From the NCBI GenBank assembly GCA_009602735.1, contig WELA01003054.1, positions 302,555 to 366,554 of the forward strand: a stretch of DNA of 64,000 nt, in the 5' to 3' direction. The translations under genes and the position numbers were made by a program. This DNA is from Mesotaenium endlicherianum (Eukaryota). This document shows, piece by piece, positions 48,492 to 61,141 of the stretch; position 1 is the stretch's first letter, and every line of letters starts with the position of its first letter. The notes under the pieces were generated by a model, which was given only the letters and a program-made list of their open reading frames with translations, ran no database searches and had not been told where the DNA came from.

Positions 48492-49622
48492 ATGGGAGAG
48501 CCTACTCAAGGAAATCTGCAACAACAAGAAGCACCACAAGGAGGAGCACCGTCAAATCCCGTGGCAGCCGCTATAGCAAAGTTGACCCCACCACAAGGAG
48601 TTCCCGCAAATGAGTGGGCAGCCTTCCTAATGACCGTCCACAACCAAGTGGGCCTGGCCACCTATGAAGCAACCGTGCAAGCGTCAAGAGAAGCTATGGC
48701 TGCCATGGTTGCCCCTATTGCGAGCAATGCTCAAAATCCAGCCCCGGCTCAAGCGCCTCCACAAGAGCCAACGAGAGCAAGGCAACTCATCAAGCCCGGC
48801 AAACCCGACTCCTTCAACCCCAGGAAAGGTGCCAACCTGAATTTATGGCTCTACCAAGTGGAGACGTACCTCGCGTTCCTTGAAGTACCCGAGGAGGACT
48901 ACGTTCCCTTTGCCGTTACCTTACTTAGAGGAGCAGCAACATCATGGTGGCGTAACTATCAAGCGGCTATATATCAAGCTATGGCGCACCCCATGCTCGG
49001 CCAAGAGCCCCCACCATCATATGCAAGATGGGCAGATTTTCGTGAGGCCCTCAAGAAGCAATTCATGCCCATCAATGCGGAGAAGATTGCCCGAGGAAAG
49101 CTCCACCATCTCAAGCAAACGACGTCCGTTCAAGAGTATACATCCAGATTTCACGCCCTCACTCTTGAGATCCCCAACATGTCTCTCGAGGAGAAGATTG
49201 ACCGTTACATCTTTGGCCTCAAACCCAAGGTGGCAAAGGAAGTGGAATTACGCGACTTGACGGACTTCTCAAGGATCATTGAAGTGGCCCAAAAGCTGGA
49301 TACCTTGGATTTCAAGCACTCCGTACCTCCATCTTCACGGGTTCCGGCGACGCGGGTGTACGCAGCCCCTTCCACATCTGAATCTGGACCCACACCCATG
49401 GAAATTGGAGCTATTAAAAGGGACCCCGCGGCTGCTCGGAAGAGTGGAAGACCCTCCAATGACACTTATGATGCAAGAAACCAGCAAGGAGTGAAAGCAA
49501 GACTCTCCCCGGCTGAAAAAGAAGCTCTCATGACGACTGGACCTTGCTTCTATTGCAAGGAAAAGGGCCATCGTGCACTCTCATGCCCCAAAAAGTTGTC
49601 AAAAAACGGACAGCGCCGGTAG
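48492..49622 (+). CDS. gag: B1 Gag with zinc knuckle
   Basis: [32 protein letters not shown]. An upstream in-frame ATG at 48342 is cut off by TAA at 48447-48449. Confidence 0.88.
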   Translation: MGEPTQGNLQQQEAPQGGAPSNPVAAAIAKLTPPQGVPANEWAAFLMTVHNQVGLATYEATVQASREAMAAMVAPIASNAQNPAPAQAPPQEPTRARQLIKPGKPDSFNPRKGANLNLWLYQVETYLAFLEVPEEDYVPFAVTLLRGAATSWWRNYQAAIYQAMAHPMLGQEPPPSYARWADFREALKKQFMPINAEKIARGKLHHLKQTTSVQEYTSRFHALTLEIPNMSLEEKIDRYIFGLKPKVAKEVELRDLTDFSRIIEVAQKLDTLDFKHSVPPSSRVPATRVYAAPSTSESGPTPMEIGAIKRDPAAARKSGRPSNDTYDARNQQGVKARLSPAEKEALMTTGPCFYCKEKGHRALSCPKKLSKNGQRR

Positions 49623-52600
49623 GCCAGGAGCCTACCACCCCAAGACCCACTTCACGAGAAGGCAACACGCCAAGTGAGGTGGAGACCCCCGTTGAAGACG
49701 ACGTTCCAGCCCCAATGAGTTTGAGAGGTTACCTTGGAGGAGAGAAGGTCCACATCTTGGTGGATAGCGGAGCTCAAGGCAACTTCATTGCTGCAGATTT
49801 TGCCACCAAGCACGGTATTACTATGCGAACTCTTGACCACGACGAGGAGATTATGATGCCCGATGGATTCTCCTATACTACCCCTTCCAAGAAGACGTAC
49901 CCCTTGGCACTCTCTATCAAGTCCTTCAAGGATAGAGTAGTGTTCTCCCCCATGCAATTGGGCAAGTACGACGTCATCCTAGGGACGCCTTGGTTGACCA
50001 AGCACAACCCCCAAGTTGATTGGAGGACCGGTACTATCAAGATCAAGAATGACATCACTTCAAGAATCTGTATTTTGCGCGCAATCCAGAATATCCAGAC
50101 CCAAGACATCCAGAAGCCGGCACACGAGATACTATTGTCCGCCCTCCAACTCAAGAGACTTGTGAGGAAGGGACACGAGCTTCTTTTGGCCTTGATCACG
50201 CCAAAAGACATCAAGAAAGACATCGAGAGTCAAGAAGGCAGCCCCGTTCCCAAGGAGATACAAGAAGTCTTAGAGGACTACAAAGAAGTGTTCTCCCCGG
50301 AATTGCCCAAGGGCCTACCCCCCAAAAGATTCGTAGACCACAAGATAGAGTTGGAGCCCGGAAGCAAGCCCATCTCTCGGCCTACGTTCAAAATGTCATA
50401 CACGGAGCTAGACGAAGTCAAGAAGCAAATCAAGGAGCTACTGGAGCATGGCTTCATTCGACCTAGCAAGTCGCCATTTGGAGCCCCGGTGCTATTTGTC
50501 AAGAAGAAAGATGGTACCTTGAGGATGTGTGTGGACTATCGCGCCCTCAACAAGATCACCATCAAGAATCGATACCCGCTGCCGCGCATGGATGAGCTCA
50601 TGGACCGGCTGGTTGGAGCCAAGTACTTCACGAAGATTGACTTACGGAGCGGCTACCACCAGATTCGCATCGCAGAACCGGACATAGAGAAGACGGCATT
50701 CAGGACAAGATATGGACATTTTGAGTTCATGGTCCTGCCATTTGGACTCACCAACGCGCCAGCAACTTTCATGACTATGATGAACACCATATTTCAGCCC
50801 ATGTTGGACAGATTTGTGGTGGTATTCATCGATGACATCCTTATCTACAGCAAGACCCTTGAAGAGCATGCGAGACACTTGAAAGAAGTCCTTGAAGTAT
50901 TGAAGCAAAACAAGCTATTTGCGAAGGAGTCAAAGTGCGAGTTTGCCAAACAAGAAGTGGAGTTCCTAGGTCTCCACGTGACTGCTGATGGCATCAAGAT
51001 GGACCCCAAGAAGACCACGGTGGTGGAGGAATGGCCAACCCCCACGACCAAGAAAGAACTCCAGTCATTCTTGGGATTTGCCAATTGGTACAGAAAATTC
51101 ATCCAAGGCTTCTCGCACATAGCAGCCCCCCTGACAGATCTACTCAAGAAGGACAGGCTATATACATGGACCGAGAAAGAGGAAGAGGCATTTCAAGAGT
51201 TAAAGCGAAGATTGACCACATCCCCGGTGCTCACACTCCCAAGTCCAAACCCAGATTGGCCCTTCCACGTCATCACCGATGCATCTTCCTATGCAATAGG
51301 AGCAATCCTGCTTCAAGACCAAGGCAAGGGACTGCAGCCCATCGCCTACGAGTCAAGGAAGCTAAATCCAGCCGAGCAAAATTATACAACCACGGAGCGA
51401 GAGGCATTGGCGATTGTACATGCCTTGAAGGTTTGGCGCTGCTACGTTGAAGGACGCAAAGTACTGGTCACCACGGACCACGAGGCGTTAAAGCACCTCC
51501 AAACGCAGCCGTATCTCTCAAGGAGACAAGCAAGATGGAGCGGATACTTGCAACAATACAACATCACGATTCAGTACCAGCCCGGCAAGACAAACCCGGC
51601 TGACCCCCTCTCAAGACTGCAATTAAATGCAGTGATGGTATCCCTGAAGACAGATCTGGAAGCTCGATTTTCAGCCGCCTATGAAAGAGACCCTTACTAC
51701 AAGAACGGAGAAGCAGCCTTGGACCCATGCAAGAAGCAAGAAGGCAATTATTGGGTGAGGCAAGATACGGGCCAGAGATGTGTTCCTAATGACATAGACC
51801 TCCGGCTCTTGCTTCTACGAGAAGCACACGACAACCCTCTTGGAGGACACTTTGGAATCCTAAGGACCACGGGCGTTCTAGCTAGGACTTATTGTTGGCC
51901 AGGCATGTCTAAGCAAGTCAAGGAGTACTGCAGGAGCTGTGACACATGCCAAAGAATCAAGCCATCATCGCAAAAGGCGGGAGGACTCCTCCAACCACTA
52001 CCAATCCCCGAAAGACAATGGACGGACATCTCAATGGACCTTATCGTGGACTTGCCCGTGACACCTCGAGGCCATAATGCAATACTCACGGTGGTGGACA
52101 GACTTACCAAGATGGCTCATTTTATTCCCACGACGACTAAGGCTACAGCACCACAACTTGCAAGACTCATCTTTGACAACATCTTCCGACTCCATGGACT
52201 ACCATCAAGAATTGTGTCAGATAGAGATCCAAGATTCACAAGCCATTTCTGGAAAAATCTCTTCAAGAACTTGGGTACATCGCTGGATATGTCTACTGTC
52301 TACCACCCACAATCAGATGGGCAAACCGAGCGTATGAATCGTACTCTAAAGACCTCTCTAAAGGACTACGTGTCTACCCTCGAGCAAGACTGGGACATGT
52401 ACTTGACCCCCCTCGAGTTTGCCTACAACACTACGCAGGCCTCTACCCAAGAGTCCCCATTCTTCCTCAACTATGGCTTCCATCCGACCACGCCACTGAG
52501 CTTCACGGCTGGCCTTGATGAAGTACCTGCAGCCACAGATTTTATGGAGACATTAGAAGCAGCCCTTACAGCAGCGAAGAAAGCTCTACAACACGCGCAA

Positions 52601-53206
52601 GATGCTCAAGCAAGAGTGGCGAACAGATCCAGAAGAGAAATTCCGTACAAAGCGGGTGACAACGTGTTACTATCATCCAAGAATATTTCCCTGAACAACA
52701 GGCCTGCCGGCAGCAAGTTCTCTCCCAAGTATTTGGGACCCTTTAAGATTATCCAGCAAGTCAACCCCGTTGCTTTCAAGCTAAAACTTCCCCAGACTAT
52801 GCACATCGACCCCGTATTCCACGCTTCCCTCTTCAAGCCGTATGTGCAACCCGACAACAAGTTCCCAGGACGTGTGACAACCCCACCAGCCCCAACAATA
52901 GTGGATGATCATTTGGAGTACGAAGTGGAAGACATAGTGGCTATGAGAAATTTCAGGAGACAGCAGCAATACTTGATCAAGTGGAAAGGATATCCAGATT
53001 CGGAGAATAGTTGGGTGGCGGCGCACTACCTTGACAAAGTTCAGAGAATATTGAAGCGCTTCCATGCCGCCAACCCCCATCTTGGACCAGCACCAAGTCT
53101 CTCTACTAGAAGCCCAAAAACTTCAAGGAGGCAGCCTGCCACCATCAAGAAGCAGCAGAAGACCCCTTGGAGGCAGCCTGCAAGAACAAGAAAGAGAAAA
53201 AATTGA
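49601..53206 (+). CDS. pol: B1 Pol, uninterrupted (protease, RT, RNase H, integrase, chromodomain), -1 frame relative to gag
   Basis: [37 protein letters not shown]...[47 protein letters not shown]. Confidence 0.95.
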   Translation, partial: KKRTAPVGQEPTTPRPTSREGNTPSEVETPVEDDVPAPMSLRGYLGGEKVHILVDSGAQGNFIAADFATKHGITMRTLDHDEEIMMPDGFSYTTPSKKTYPLALSIKSFKDRVVFSPMQLGKYDVILGTPWLTKHNPQVDWRTGTIKIKNDITSRICILRAIQNIQTQDIQKPAHEILLSALQLKRLVRKGHELLLALITPKDIKKDIESQEGSPVPKEIQEVLEDYKEVFSPELPKGLPPKRFVDHKIELEPGSKPISRPTFKMSYTELDEVKKQIKELLEHGFIRPSKSPFGAPVLFVKKKDGTLRMCVDYRALNKITIKNRYPLPRMDELMDRLVGAKYFTKIDLRSGYHQIRIAEPDIEKTAFRTRYGHFEFMVLPFGLTNAPATFMTMMNTIFQPMLDRFVVVFIDDILIYSKTLEEHARHLKEVLEVLKQNKLFAKESKCEFAKQEVEFLGLHVTADGIKMDPKKTTVVEEWPTPTTKKELQSFLGFANWYRKFIQGFSHIAAPLTDLLKKDRLYTWTEKEEEAFQELKRRLTTSPVLTLPSPNPDWPFHVITDASSYAIGAILLQDQGKGLQPIAYESRKLNPAEQNYTTTEREALAIVHALKVWRCYVEGRKVLVTTDHEALKHLQTQPYLSRRQARWSGYLQQYNITIQYQPGKTNPADPLSRLQLNAVMVSLKTDLEARFSAAYERDPYYKNGEAALDPCKKQEGNYWVRQDTGQRCVPNDIDLRLLLLREAHDNPLGGHFGILRTTGVLARTYCWPGMSKQVKEYCRSCDTCQRIKPSSQKAGGLLQPLPIPERQWTDISMDLIVDLPVTPRGHNAILTVVDRLTKMAHFIPTTTKATAPQLARLIFDNIFRLHGLPSRIVSDRDPRFTSHFWKNLFKNLGTSLDMSTVYHPQSDGQTERMNRTLKTSLKDYVSTLEQDWDMYLTPLEFAYNTTQASTQESPFFLNYGFHPTTPLSFTAGLDEVPAATDFMETLEAALTAAKKALQHAQDAQARVANRSRREIPYKAGDNVLLSSKNISLNNRPAGSKFSPKYLGPFKIIQQVNPVAFKLKLPQTMHIDPVFHASLFKPYVQPDNKFPGRVTTPPAPTIVDDHLEYEVEDIVAMRNFRRQQQYLIKWKGYPDSENSWVAAHYLDKVQRILKRFHAANPHLGPAPSLSTRSPKTSRRQPATIKKQQKTPWRQPARTRKRKN

Positions 53207-54178
53207 CATTAGACACTCTTCTCTTCTTGCAGTTTCTCGACAGAAAACTAAAACTGCTACTGGTAATAGGTCCCTGCATAATAAATTCTGAAAATTTACC
53301 TGGCTGTAGTCCATGAGTAGCCGGTCATTTAGAGTCCAAGTTTGCTCAATTTGGAGCACTGGTGAGAGAGATATGATGCTCTAAGTAGAAGGGGGTCAGG
53401 CTGCTGGCATTGTTAGGGCAGAATATGCCTTCTGACATTGTGCCCTCCCCTGAACTTGGAATGCTTTGAAACTCAAGACTCTGGTAGAACATCTTACAGC
53501 GCCCATTTTGAGACTTAGTTTGCAGAATTTGGAGAAGTATAGAAGGACTTATGATTTTCAAAAGTTTCTGCACATATTTGGAGGAGTGCCTACTCTCTCA
53601 GCTCTCAACGACAAAAACAAGAGGGAGGAGAAAATGTGAATTACGTCTAAATATATGAGAAACATTTTTGGACTGCATGTTTGAAGCTGCCTTCTTCTTA
53701 AATTGGAAGATGGAGATATATTGCGTGCATGGGTTGCCTGAGAAGTTAATTCCTTCTATTGTGTGCGTTGTAAATGAGGAGCGAGATTATATATCTGGCT
53801 ATTTAAAGCAAACACAGCGCTTGTATGTATGAAAATCATCTAAATATGACGGCGTCTCAATGTTCCTTCGCTTTGACAAAATACAAGTAAGCCAATAAAA
53901 ATGACGTGAAGGTGACAAAGAGTACTCTGCACAAAAATTTGGCAAGAAGCAGTTGACTTTTTTTCTTGCAGTGTACATATCTCATCTTGATCTTTGTGAA
54001 AAGTAAATCTTCTGACCACCTGAAATTCAAAAAGTAGCACCATGACCACCATTTGACCACAAAAAGAAAGTCTTGATTATTTTATTAACCAATAAATAAC
54101 CCAATGCCTTCAACCTTTAGTACGATTACTTCCATATAGAGAGACACACGTGCTATGCAATTGTATGGTGGGACATGC

Positions 54179-54804
54179 TGTACTGAATCAGTATATTGGT
54201 AGATATAATATTTATTTAAATATAATAGTTAAATAAGTTCAAACAGCTGAACTTTAGTTAATATTGAGTCTGTTGGACTTTATAAAATAATCAGTTTAAT
54301 GACTCAGCCAGGAACAGCAAGCTAAAGTCAACTTAGGTCAGCTGACACATTCTTTGACAGCCAGCTGACTTCCGTACTCGGTAGCAGCGAACTGCCTAGA
54401 TACGCATCTAAGTGTGATGTGCTAGATGAATGGCCAGATGACATCCTTTGCATGGATGGCAATTTGAAATGATGGGAGATGGCGGTGGATTTGGTTAACC
54501 GAGGTCCTACCAACGTGGTTAACTCTTGTCGTTGAACAGTAAACTCATTCCATGTACATATGCTAGGATTGCTCTCGAGTTCGGCACTCGGAACCGAGGC
54601 CAACTCTCTTGTACTGCTTACTGAGAGATATCTGGATCCAAGGCGAGAAGCCATTGATATGCACTGTCTTCAGGCCTTGCTTATGTATGAGTTTGCTAAT
54701 TGCATTATTGATGCTAGTTTACTTGCATTTGAAGCATTTGACTTGCGAGTATCGTCCACCGCTAGTGTGTTGTCCTTTGCTGTTTTATCAATTAACAGAA
54801 AATA
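54179..54804 (+). mobile_element. Partial family A LTR in opposite orientation, fused to family B 3' UTR
   Basis: Begins TGTACTGAATCAGTATATT (reverse complement of the A LTR end). Switches to B UTR tcttctcttctcgcag at ~54805. Confidence 0.85.
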
Positions 54805-56068
54805 CTCTTCTCTTCTCGCAGTTTCTGGATAGAATACTAAAATTGCTACCGGTGATAGGTATTTGCCTGATAAATTTTGAAAATTTACCTGGCAGTAGTT
54901 CATGAGTAGCCGGTCATTTAGAGTTCAAGTTTGCTCAATTTGGAGCACTGGTGAGAGAGACGTGATGCTCTAAGTAGAAGAGGATCAGGCTGCTGGCTTT
55001 ATTAGGGCAGAATATGCCTTTAGACATTGTGCCCTCCCCTGAACTTTGAATGCTTTGAAACTCAAGAATCTGGTAGTATATCTTAAAACGGCCATTTAGA
55101 GACGTACTTTGCAAAATTTGGAGAAGTAGAGAAGGACTTATGATTTTCAAAAGTTTCTGCACATATTTGGAGGAGTGCCTACTCTCTCAGCTCCCAACAA
55201 CACTCCAAAAATTAGAAAGCTCTCAAATTTGATGGCCCGGTAGATTTCTCCAACGCAATCCGTCTGGCACAAAATTTTTCAGATTTGAAGCAATTGTGAA
55301 GACGCTATGAATTTTTGAATTCGTGGCAGATTCCGGGCCAACTTGTACAATTTTCTTTATCATCAAGGAGTAGGCTAGCCAATAAGGTCACACCACCCAC
55401 GACCTTGCCTAGTCTACCTTACATGTGTAGGACCTGACTTGGCGCCTTTGACTAATCCTCATCACATATGTGGCATCTGACTTAAAGCTGTTGACTAGTC
55501 TGCTCCACATGTGTAAAGACCTTACTTGACGCGCCGAGACGTCGCTTTTTCTGTCGAGGGGGTGATGTAGTGATTTGAGTTGTACTATATTAGTTTGCAT
55601 ATATTTTAATAATTTTAAATATATTTGGAGTAGTATTGTGTGAAGTCAAGTGTGAATAGATACTCTAGTGACTTGGTTCATGTCCTTTGAATTTTCTAAG
55701 GCATTTTCGAAGTTAGAGGAAGGACCTAGAAGAACTCCATGTGACAAAAGTCAAATGTGCCATTTTTAGGTCAAAAGGACATGTGTACAGTATTCTAGAA
55801 AGAGGTGGCAAGTTTTGGGATGTGTTGGGTGCCAACACATTAACATGCACCTTCCTAGAAATTACTTACGTAGCAAGTATATAAACAAGAGCTAGAACGT
55901 AGAAAGACATTCAAGAATCACTCTTGCACTTGCCAAATTCCAGAAATATATTAACTATCAAGAAGCCATCTCTCTTTCAAGAAGCTACCACTTGTGTTCG
56001 AAGATCCTTGTCTTGAATAAATAAAGTGTTATATTTCTCTAAGTACTTTATCTATCTGTTTCACTACA

Positions 56069-57010
56069 TTTAGGACACGCCAAAACTGTTGGCAAATTGG
56101 CAAAACATTATCACTGGGAAGAGTTGCCTCGGGAGGTCTTAAAGTATGTTAAGTCCTGTGATCAGTGTCAAAAAATTAAGTCTAGACACACACCACCTGG
56201 GGGGCTGTTACAACCACTACCCATCCCAGCTGGACGTTGGGAAACAATATCCATGGACTGGGTGGTAAGATTACCAAGAATTGCCAATGGGCATGATTCT
56301 ATACTGGTAGTAGTGGATAAACTGACAAAAATGGTCATTTTCATCCCCACAACCATGTAGTAATTGCCCTCATGTCAATGTAACTGCCCTTGAAACTGCG
56401 AGATAGTTCTACAAGCATGTAGTATGCCAACATGGGCTTCCCATTAATATTATCTCAGACAGAGACTCAAAATTTACCTCCAAATTCTCGAGAGTTTTAA
56501 TGGAGTTAATGGAAATTAAGCAGTTGCTCAGCACAGCAAACCACCCTCAGACTGATGGGCAGACTGAGAGACCTAACCGAGTTATGCAAGAGGTGCTGAG
56601 AGCATATATTAACAAAAAACAAGATAATTGAAATGACCTGTTGCCTCAAATTTGATTTGCGGTCAACAGTGCGGTGCATGCGTCTACGGGAAAGACTCTT
56701 TTTGTGAACCCAGTCCGAATAGAGTTCCCAAGTCTCCTTTAGATGTGCTAGGGGAGTCTTTAACTCATCTTGAGGGGATTGATAATCCAGTATCTCTTCA
56801 ATTCATTCAGGAGTTTGCTGACACCCTGTCAGAACTCCAACAGAATCTGCACAAAGCCCAAGAAAATCAACAAAAATATGCTAATCAACAACGTCGAGAG
56901 CTGACATTTTCTAAGGGCAATTTGGTCAAACTGCATTCTCAACACCTGTACCTGCCTAATGTGGTCAAGAAACTTGGTCCAATCTGGGTCGGTCCATATT
57001 CGGTGGTGGG
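56069..57010 (+). pseudogene. Family A integrase fragment (degraded)
   Basis: [16 protein letters not shown]...CDQCQ...[11 protein letters not shown]...GPIWVGPY matches A1 integrase, with stops. Confidence 0.88.
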
Positions 57011-57564
57011 TGGAAATAAATTTTGCTTGTTTAAGATAAATATATTTCATTTAAAGATATAAGATTAAAGATGGGTGGAAGCGTGTAAAATTAGGGAGCG
57101 ATGTTTGCCCTTATAATAAATTCAGTTTACTCATCTATACCCCTTGATTCACTTACCATAGTGTGCCATAGTTGCACACTAACACACGGCATAAGAAAGA
57201 GACTAACTTGAGGACTAGAGCTTCTATTTAGAAATTCATGGCCTTTTGCCTACTAGTCATACAAGCAGGTATAAGCACATACACAACATCAGACGACTGA
57301 ATAGCAGAGACACTCTCATTCAGATGACCCTAATGTAGCTAAAACACATCCCACTAACTTAGGTGCAAACCATGGAATCTGACCGCTATGTGACCCCAAA
57401 GTGTCAGAGGGCATAACTCTCTCAATACGACTCCAAATTGAGCAAATTTAACGGTAACGGACGTATCTTGACAAGACCTTTCCGAAAATTCCTAATTTGC
57501 TCTCTTTGAAGCACAGACAAAGAAGCCATGCCAATTTTGTGAAAGTTGGTCATAATAACAAGTG

Positions 57565-58843
57565 TTGTGCATTATGAGGTCGGATGCATCTGATTTATGT
57601 AAGCAACACACAAGCGGGCAAGCAAGACTTGCTATGGTGAAAAGCGAAATGCATGCGGCCTTATGGCCAAAAAGAAGGTCAGATGTCAAATATATTAATT
57701 AGGAAGTGTGTACTCTCCAGAGTGAGCATCTCAAGATTGTAATCTGGTAGGAAAACAACTAATGAAGTCTGGCCCAAAAGATCACTGAAAGCACATCATG
57801 ATCTTCAAGAGTAGTCCTATGGCAGGGTTTAAGCTGTGACTTTGCTCACCACTTGTAAAGTTTTTCTAGTGACTGGAAGCCAGGAGGGCTTGCTCTTTAC
57901 AAGAGAGAGACTCAGTGGTCTTGAAAACACAAGAGATAAAAGTGTAAGCTTTACTGATAACTCTGTGGCTTACAGCTGGCATAATTGACTTCAAAAAAGA
58001 TGTCTTTCTAAGTGCATCTACTGCTATATACTGCCTGCAAAACCGACGCTAAAGGCGGCGGATTCAATGCAAACAGTCACACTAGGAGGCTCTCTTAGGT
58101 CCACAAAAGTGGAGGTAAGGCACGTACTAGCTCTCCTATTGGCGAAGCATAACACACACCAATCAAATATAGTGCAAGGAAGAGGATGCATGACTCTCAT
58201 TGGCGGAGCTTATCTCGACCAATGCTACCTAGATAATGCCTCAAAAGTGGATCTGAAACGTAAGAAAGCTTCCTCTAGGAATGAGTGATGCAGGCACTAA
58301 ATTATAGTTCCAATGGTGCTCATATACTATGCTACTGCGTGCTAAGTGTACTTTATCAAGCTCGCGGATTTGTGTGCTAATGGCTAGAGGTTCTTGGAGT
58401 CGCGAAGAGCCAACAATGTGACCTTTGGGCACATTAAGTCACAAAGTGGCCTTTGGTGAAGTCCGCTAGGGGCCGGTAGGTGGCGCGGACTAGATCGCAA
58501 ATATCTCGCTCGGCACTTGTCCAAACGGCGCGCAACCGATGCCGCTCGGAAGGTGACGCGACGCTCTACACTTTAACGATTTGGAATGCTAGCAAAGGTC
58601 AACATAAGAATGCGTGAAGCAAGGTCAAAGTTGGCCTTCCTAGGTCGACGGTCGACGCAGGTGTGTCTCGGCTGGGGCGACAATCCCGACCTAATGAGTC
58701 ATGACAACTGTCGTGCATTATGACGTCGGACGCGTCTGATCTATATAAGCAACACACAAGCGGGCAAGCAAGACTTGCTATGGTGAAAAGCAAAATGTAT
58801 GCGGCCTTATGGCCAAAAAGAAGGTCAGCTGTCAAATATAATA
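57565..58843. repeat. Diverged direct repeat, ~130-bp core copies at 57565-57695 and 58713-58843
   Basis: gtgcattatga..tcgga.gc.tctgat..at.taagcaacacacaagcgggcaagcaagacttgctatggtgaaaagc.aaatg.atgcggccttatggccaaaaagaaggtcag.tgtcaaatata occurs twice. Confidence 0.8.
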
Positions 58844-58889
58844 ATTCCCCCCAAGCTCTTAGTCTGCAGCTGATAATGCTACCGCTAGC

Positions 58890-61140
58890 TAAATCCGAGC
58901 AGTCACTATAGAACAGTCGCCAGCGGGGACGCGCTCCAAGGGGGGGCTGGCAGTCGATGTGGAAGCCAAGGTTGCAGCTATCGCAAAGCAGCATCTTGGC
59001 CTCCTTGCCAGGGCTGTGGCAGATCTAGCACGCCCAGTCCTTGGACGGCCGTGCGTCGCGGGGACGAACCTGCACATCAAGGTAAGGAAGGTGGCATGGA
59101 CCACAGTTCTTCGTGTGGTCTTTGTGAAGAGAGCCATCTGCGCCTTCCAGCTTCAGTACTCCTTACGCCAAGGCACGCTTGACGCGCAGGATGATCGGCG
59201 AGTTGCTGGTGTCGAAGGTGTTCTTCGATTGGCGTCGCAGGTACACGAAGTCACCTGCAGAAAATTGCAACACCCGAGGACGATAGGCTCCTCCACGAGT
59301 CATGGCATACCGCAGCGTGTCGCGATGCTGGGCGATACTGAGGTTGTCCATGGCCATGGGCATCAGGCGCTGGAAAAGCTGTGCACGCTGCCCGATAGGA
59401 GCACTCCATGTGTTGGGACTATCCAAGTCCAAGATACTCTTAGTGAAATGAATCGACTTACCAAATAGGCAATTAACAATTAATAAAGATCTTTATATCA
59501 GCAGATAATCTTTATGGATTTTCCGCTAACTGATTAAACGGCAAAAGGACAACACACTAGCAGCGAACAATACTCGTAAGTCAAATGCGAGTAAACTAGC
59601 ATCAATAATGCAATCAGTAAACTCATACATAAGCAAGGTTAGAAGATAGTGCGTATCAATGGCTTCTTGCCTTGGATTCAGATCTCTCTCAGTAAGCTGT
59701 ACAAGAGAGTTGGCCTCGTTTCCAAATACCAAACCGGGGAGCAGTACCTAGCATATGTACATGGAATGAGTTTACTGTTCAACGGCAAGTGCGATGGCAC
59801 CGCCTACCCGGGAGTTAACCACGCTGGCAGGACCTCGATTAACCAAATCCACCGCCATCTCCCATCATCCTGAATCGCCATCCATCCTAAGGATGTCATC
59901 TAGCCATTCATCTAGCACACCACACCTAGATGCATCTCTAGGCAGTTCGCTGCGATCGAGTACGGAAGTCAGTTGGCTGGCAAAGAATGTGTCAGCTGGC
60001 TGACTTAAGCTGACTTCAGCCTGCTGCTTTTGGCTGAGTCATTAAACTGATATTAAATATATTATCCAGCAGACTGACTATTAACTAGAGTTCAGCAGGC
60101 TGAACCTGATAAAACTTATATCTAAATGAATATTATATACACCAGTATATTGATTCATTACACTTAGCCACGGTCCTGGCTACGGCTGGCAGGATCGGCT
60201 GGCGTCCGTGAAGGAGGAAGTAGGGAGAATGCGAGGCCAAGGAGGCCTGGCGACTGAACCTGTATCCTATAGCTAGTTACGAGAGTGCGTCGTCCCAGTG
60301 GGTGCTGTCGTGGGTCAGGCAGTACTTGCACAGCCCCAGCTTGACGGTCTGCACCATGTGCTCTGCAAGGTCGTCAGCCTGGGGGTGATTGCAGGAGGTG
60401 GTGCGGTGGTTGATCTTGGAGCGCTTCAGCAGCTTCTGAAAGCTTCCCTAGAACTCCTTGCCCTAGTCGGTAAGCACCTCAGCGCAGCCGCCAAAACGGC
60501 TAAGGACCTGATCAAGGAACGCCTGAGCAATTCCCTCACTGGCCTTGCTGGGCAAGGGCACGAGCTTGATCCACTTGCACAAGTGCTCAATCATCACCAA
60601 GACGTAGAGGTTGCCTCGGGGGGACTTAGGTAACTCCCCAGCCAAGTCCCATGACCACCTAAAGAACAGCCCCTGAATGGGCAGGGGGCTGAAGGCAACA
60701 GTGCGCGATGTGAAGCTCGAGCGCACGCGGTTGCATAGAGTGCAGCTGCTGACGACGTCGGCCACGACCTTAGCCATGCTGTGCCACCAGTACTCGGCCT
60801 GTAGTAGGCTGAGAGTGCGCTTGACACTGAAGTGTCCAAGGGCCTCGTGAGTGGTGCGCACCAGCTGGCTGCGTATAGCAGGCTTAGGGACCACCAGGAC
60901 GGAGCCGTCGGCCATCACACGCCTCAGCCGACCCTCCATGAAGACGAAATCCCGGCTGCGCTTGAGGACGCGGTCACGCTCCCTCGCATCCATGCCTGGC
61001 GCCAGCTCCTTAGCGGCGACGTACTGCAGCAGCGCGGCATCGTCCCACATGTCCTCAGGCCCGCGCTGCCGGCTTACCTGCTCTGCTGCTGCCGCCCACG
61101 CCAGACGCCTCGTGTTGACCACCACCAGGTCGCGGTCGGT
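58890..61140 (-). mobile_element. Family C GC-rich Ty3/Gypsy pol relic: integrase plus C-terminal PHD finger; split by a solo LTR
   Basis: HEALGHF...YWWHSM...CTLC, RWSWDLAGELP, VLTD*GKEF (integrase); DFVYLRR. PHD: WAC*ICHSPGKEAKMLLCDSCNLGFHIDCQPPL/ERVPAGD/FYSDC (~58900-59035). Confidence 0.85.
59444..60162 (-). mobile_element. Family A solo LTR with intact target-site duplication
   Basis: TGAAATGAATC...GATTCATTACA flanked by CTTAG (59439-59443 and 60163-60167); no PBS or PPT next to it. Confidence 0.93.
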
Positions 61141-61141
61141 G

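Larger units (their letters stand above)
47802..56068 (+). mobile_element. Family B Ty3/Gypsy chromovirus B1: 5' LTR 47802-48304, PBS 48306-48317, gag-pol, rearranged 3' region, LTR 55566-56068 (probably chimeric)
   Basis: 503-bp LTRs TGTAGTGA...TCACTACA; PBS TGGTATCGGAGC; PPT GAGGGGGTGA. Flanks CCTAT and TTTAG do not match. 3' UTR duplicated (53215-53610 vs 54805-55200). Confidence 0.85.

Noticed and set aside
30855..59873. Recurrent 'MRINGFSPWIQ...' 74-88 aa ORF in several copies
   Set aside because: Lies inside family A LTRs; recurrence reflects LTR copy number, starts and stops vary, and it is broken in other copies
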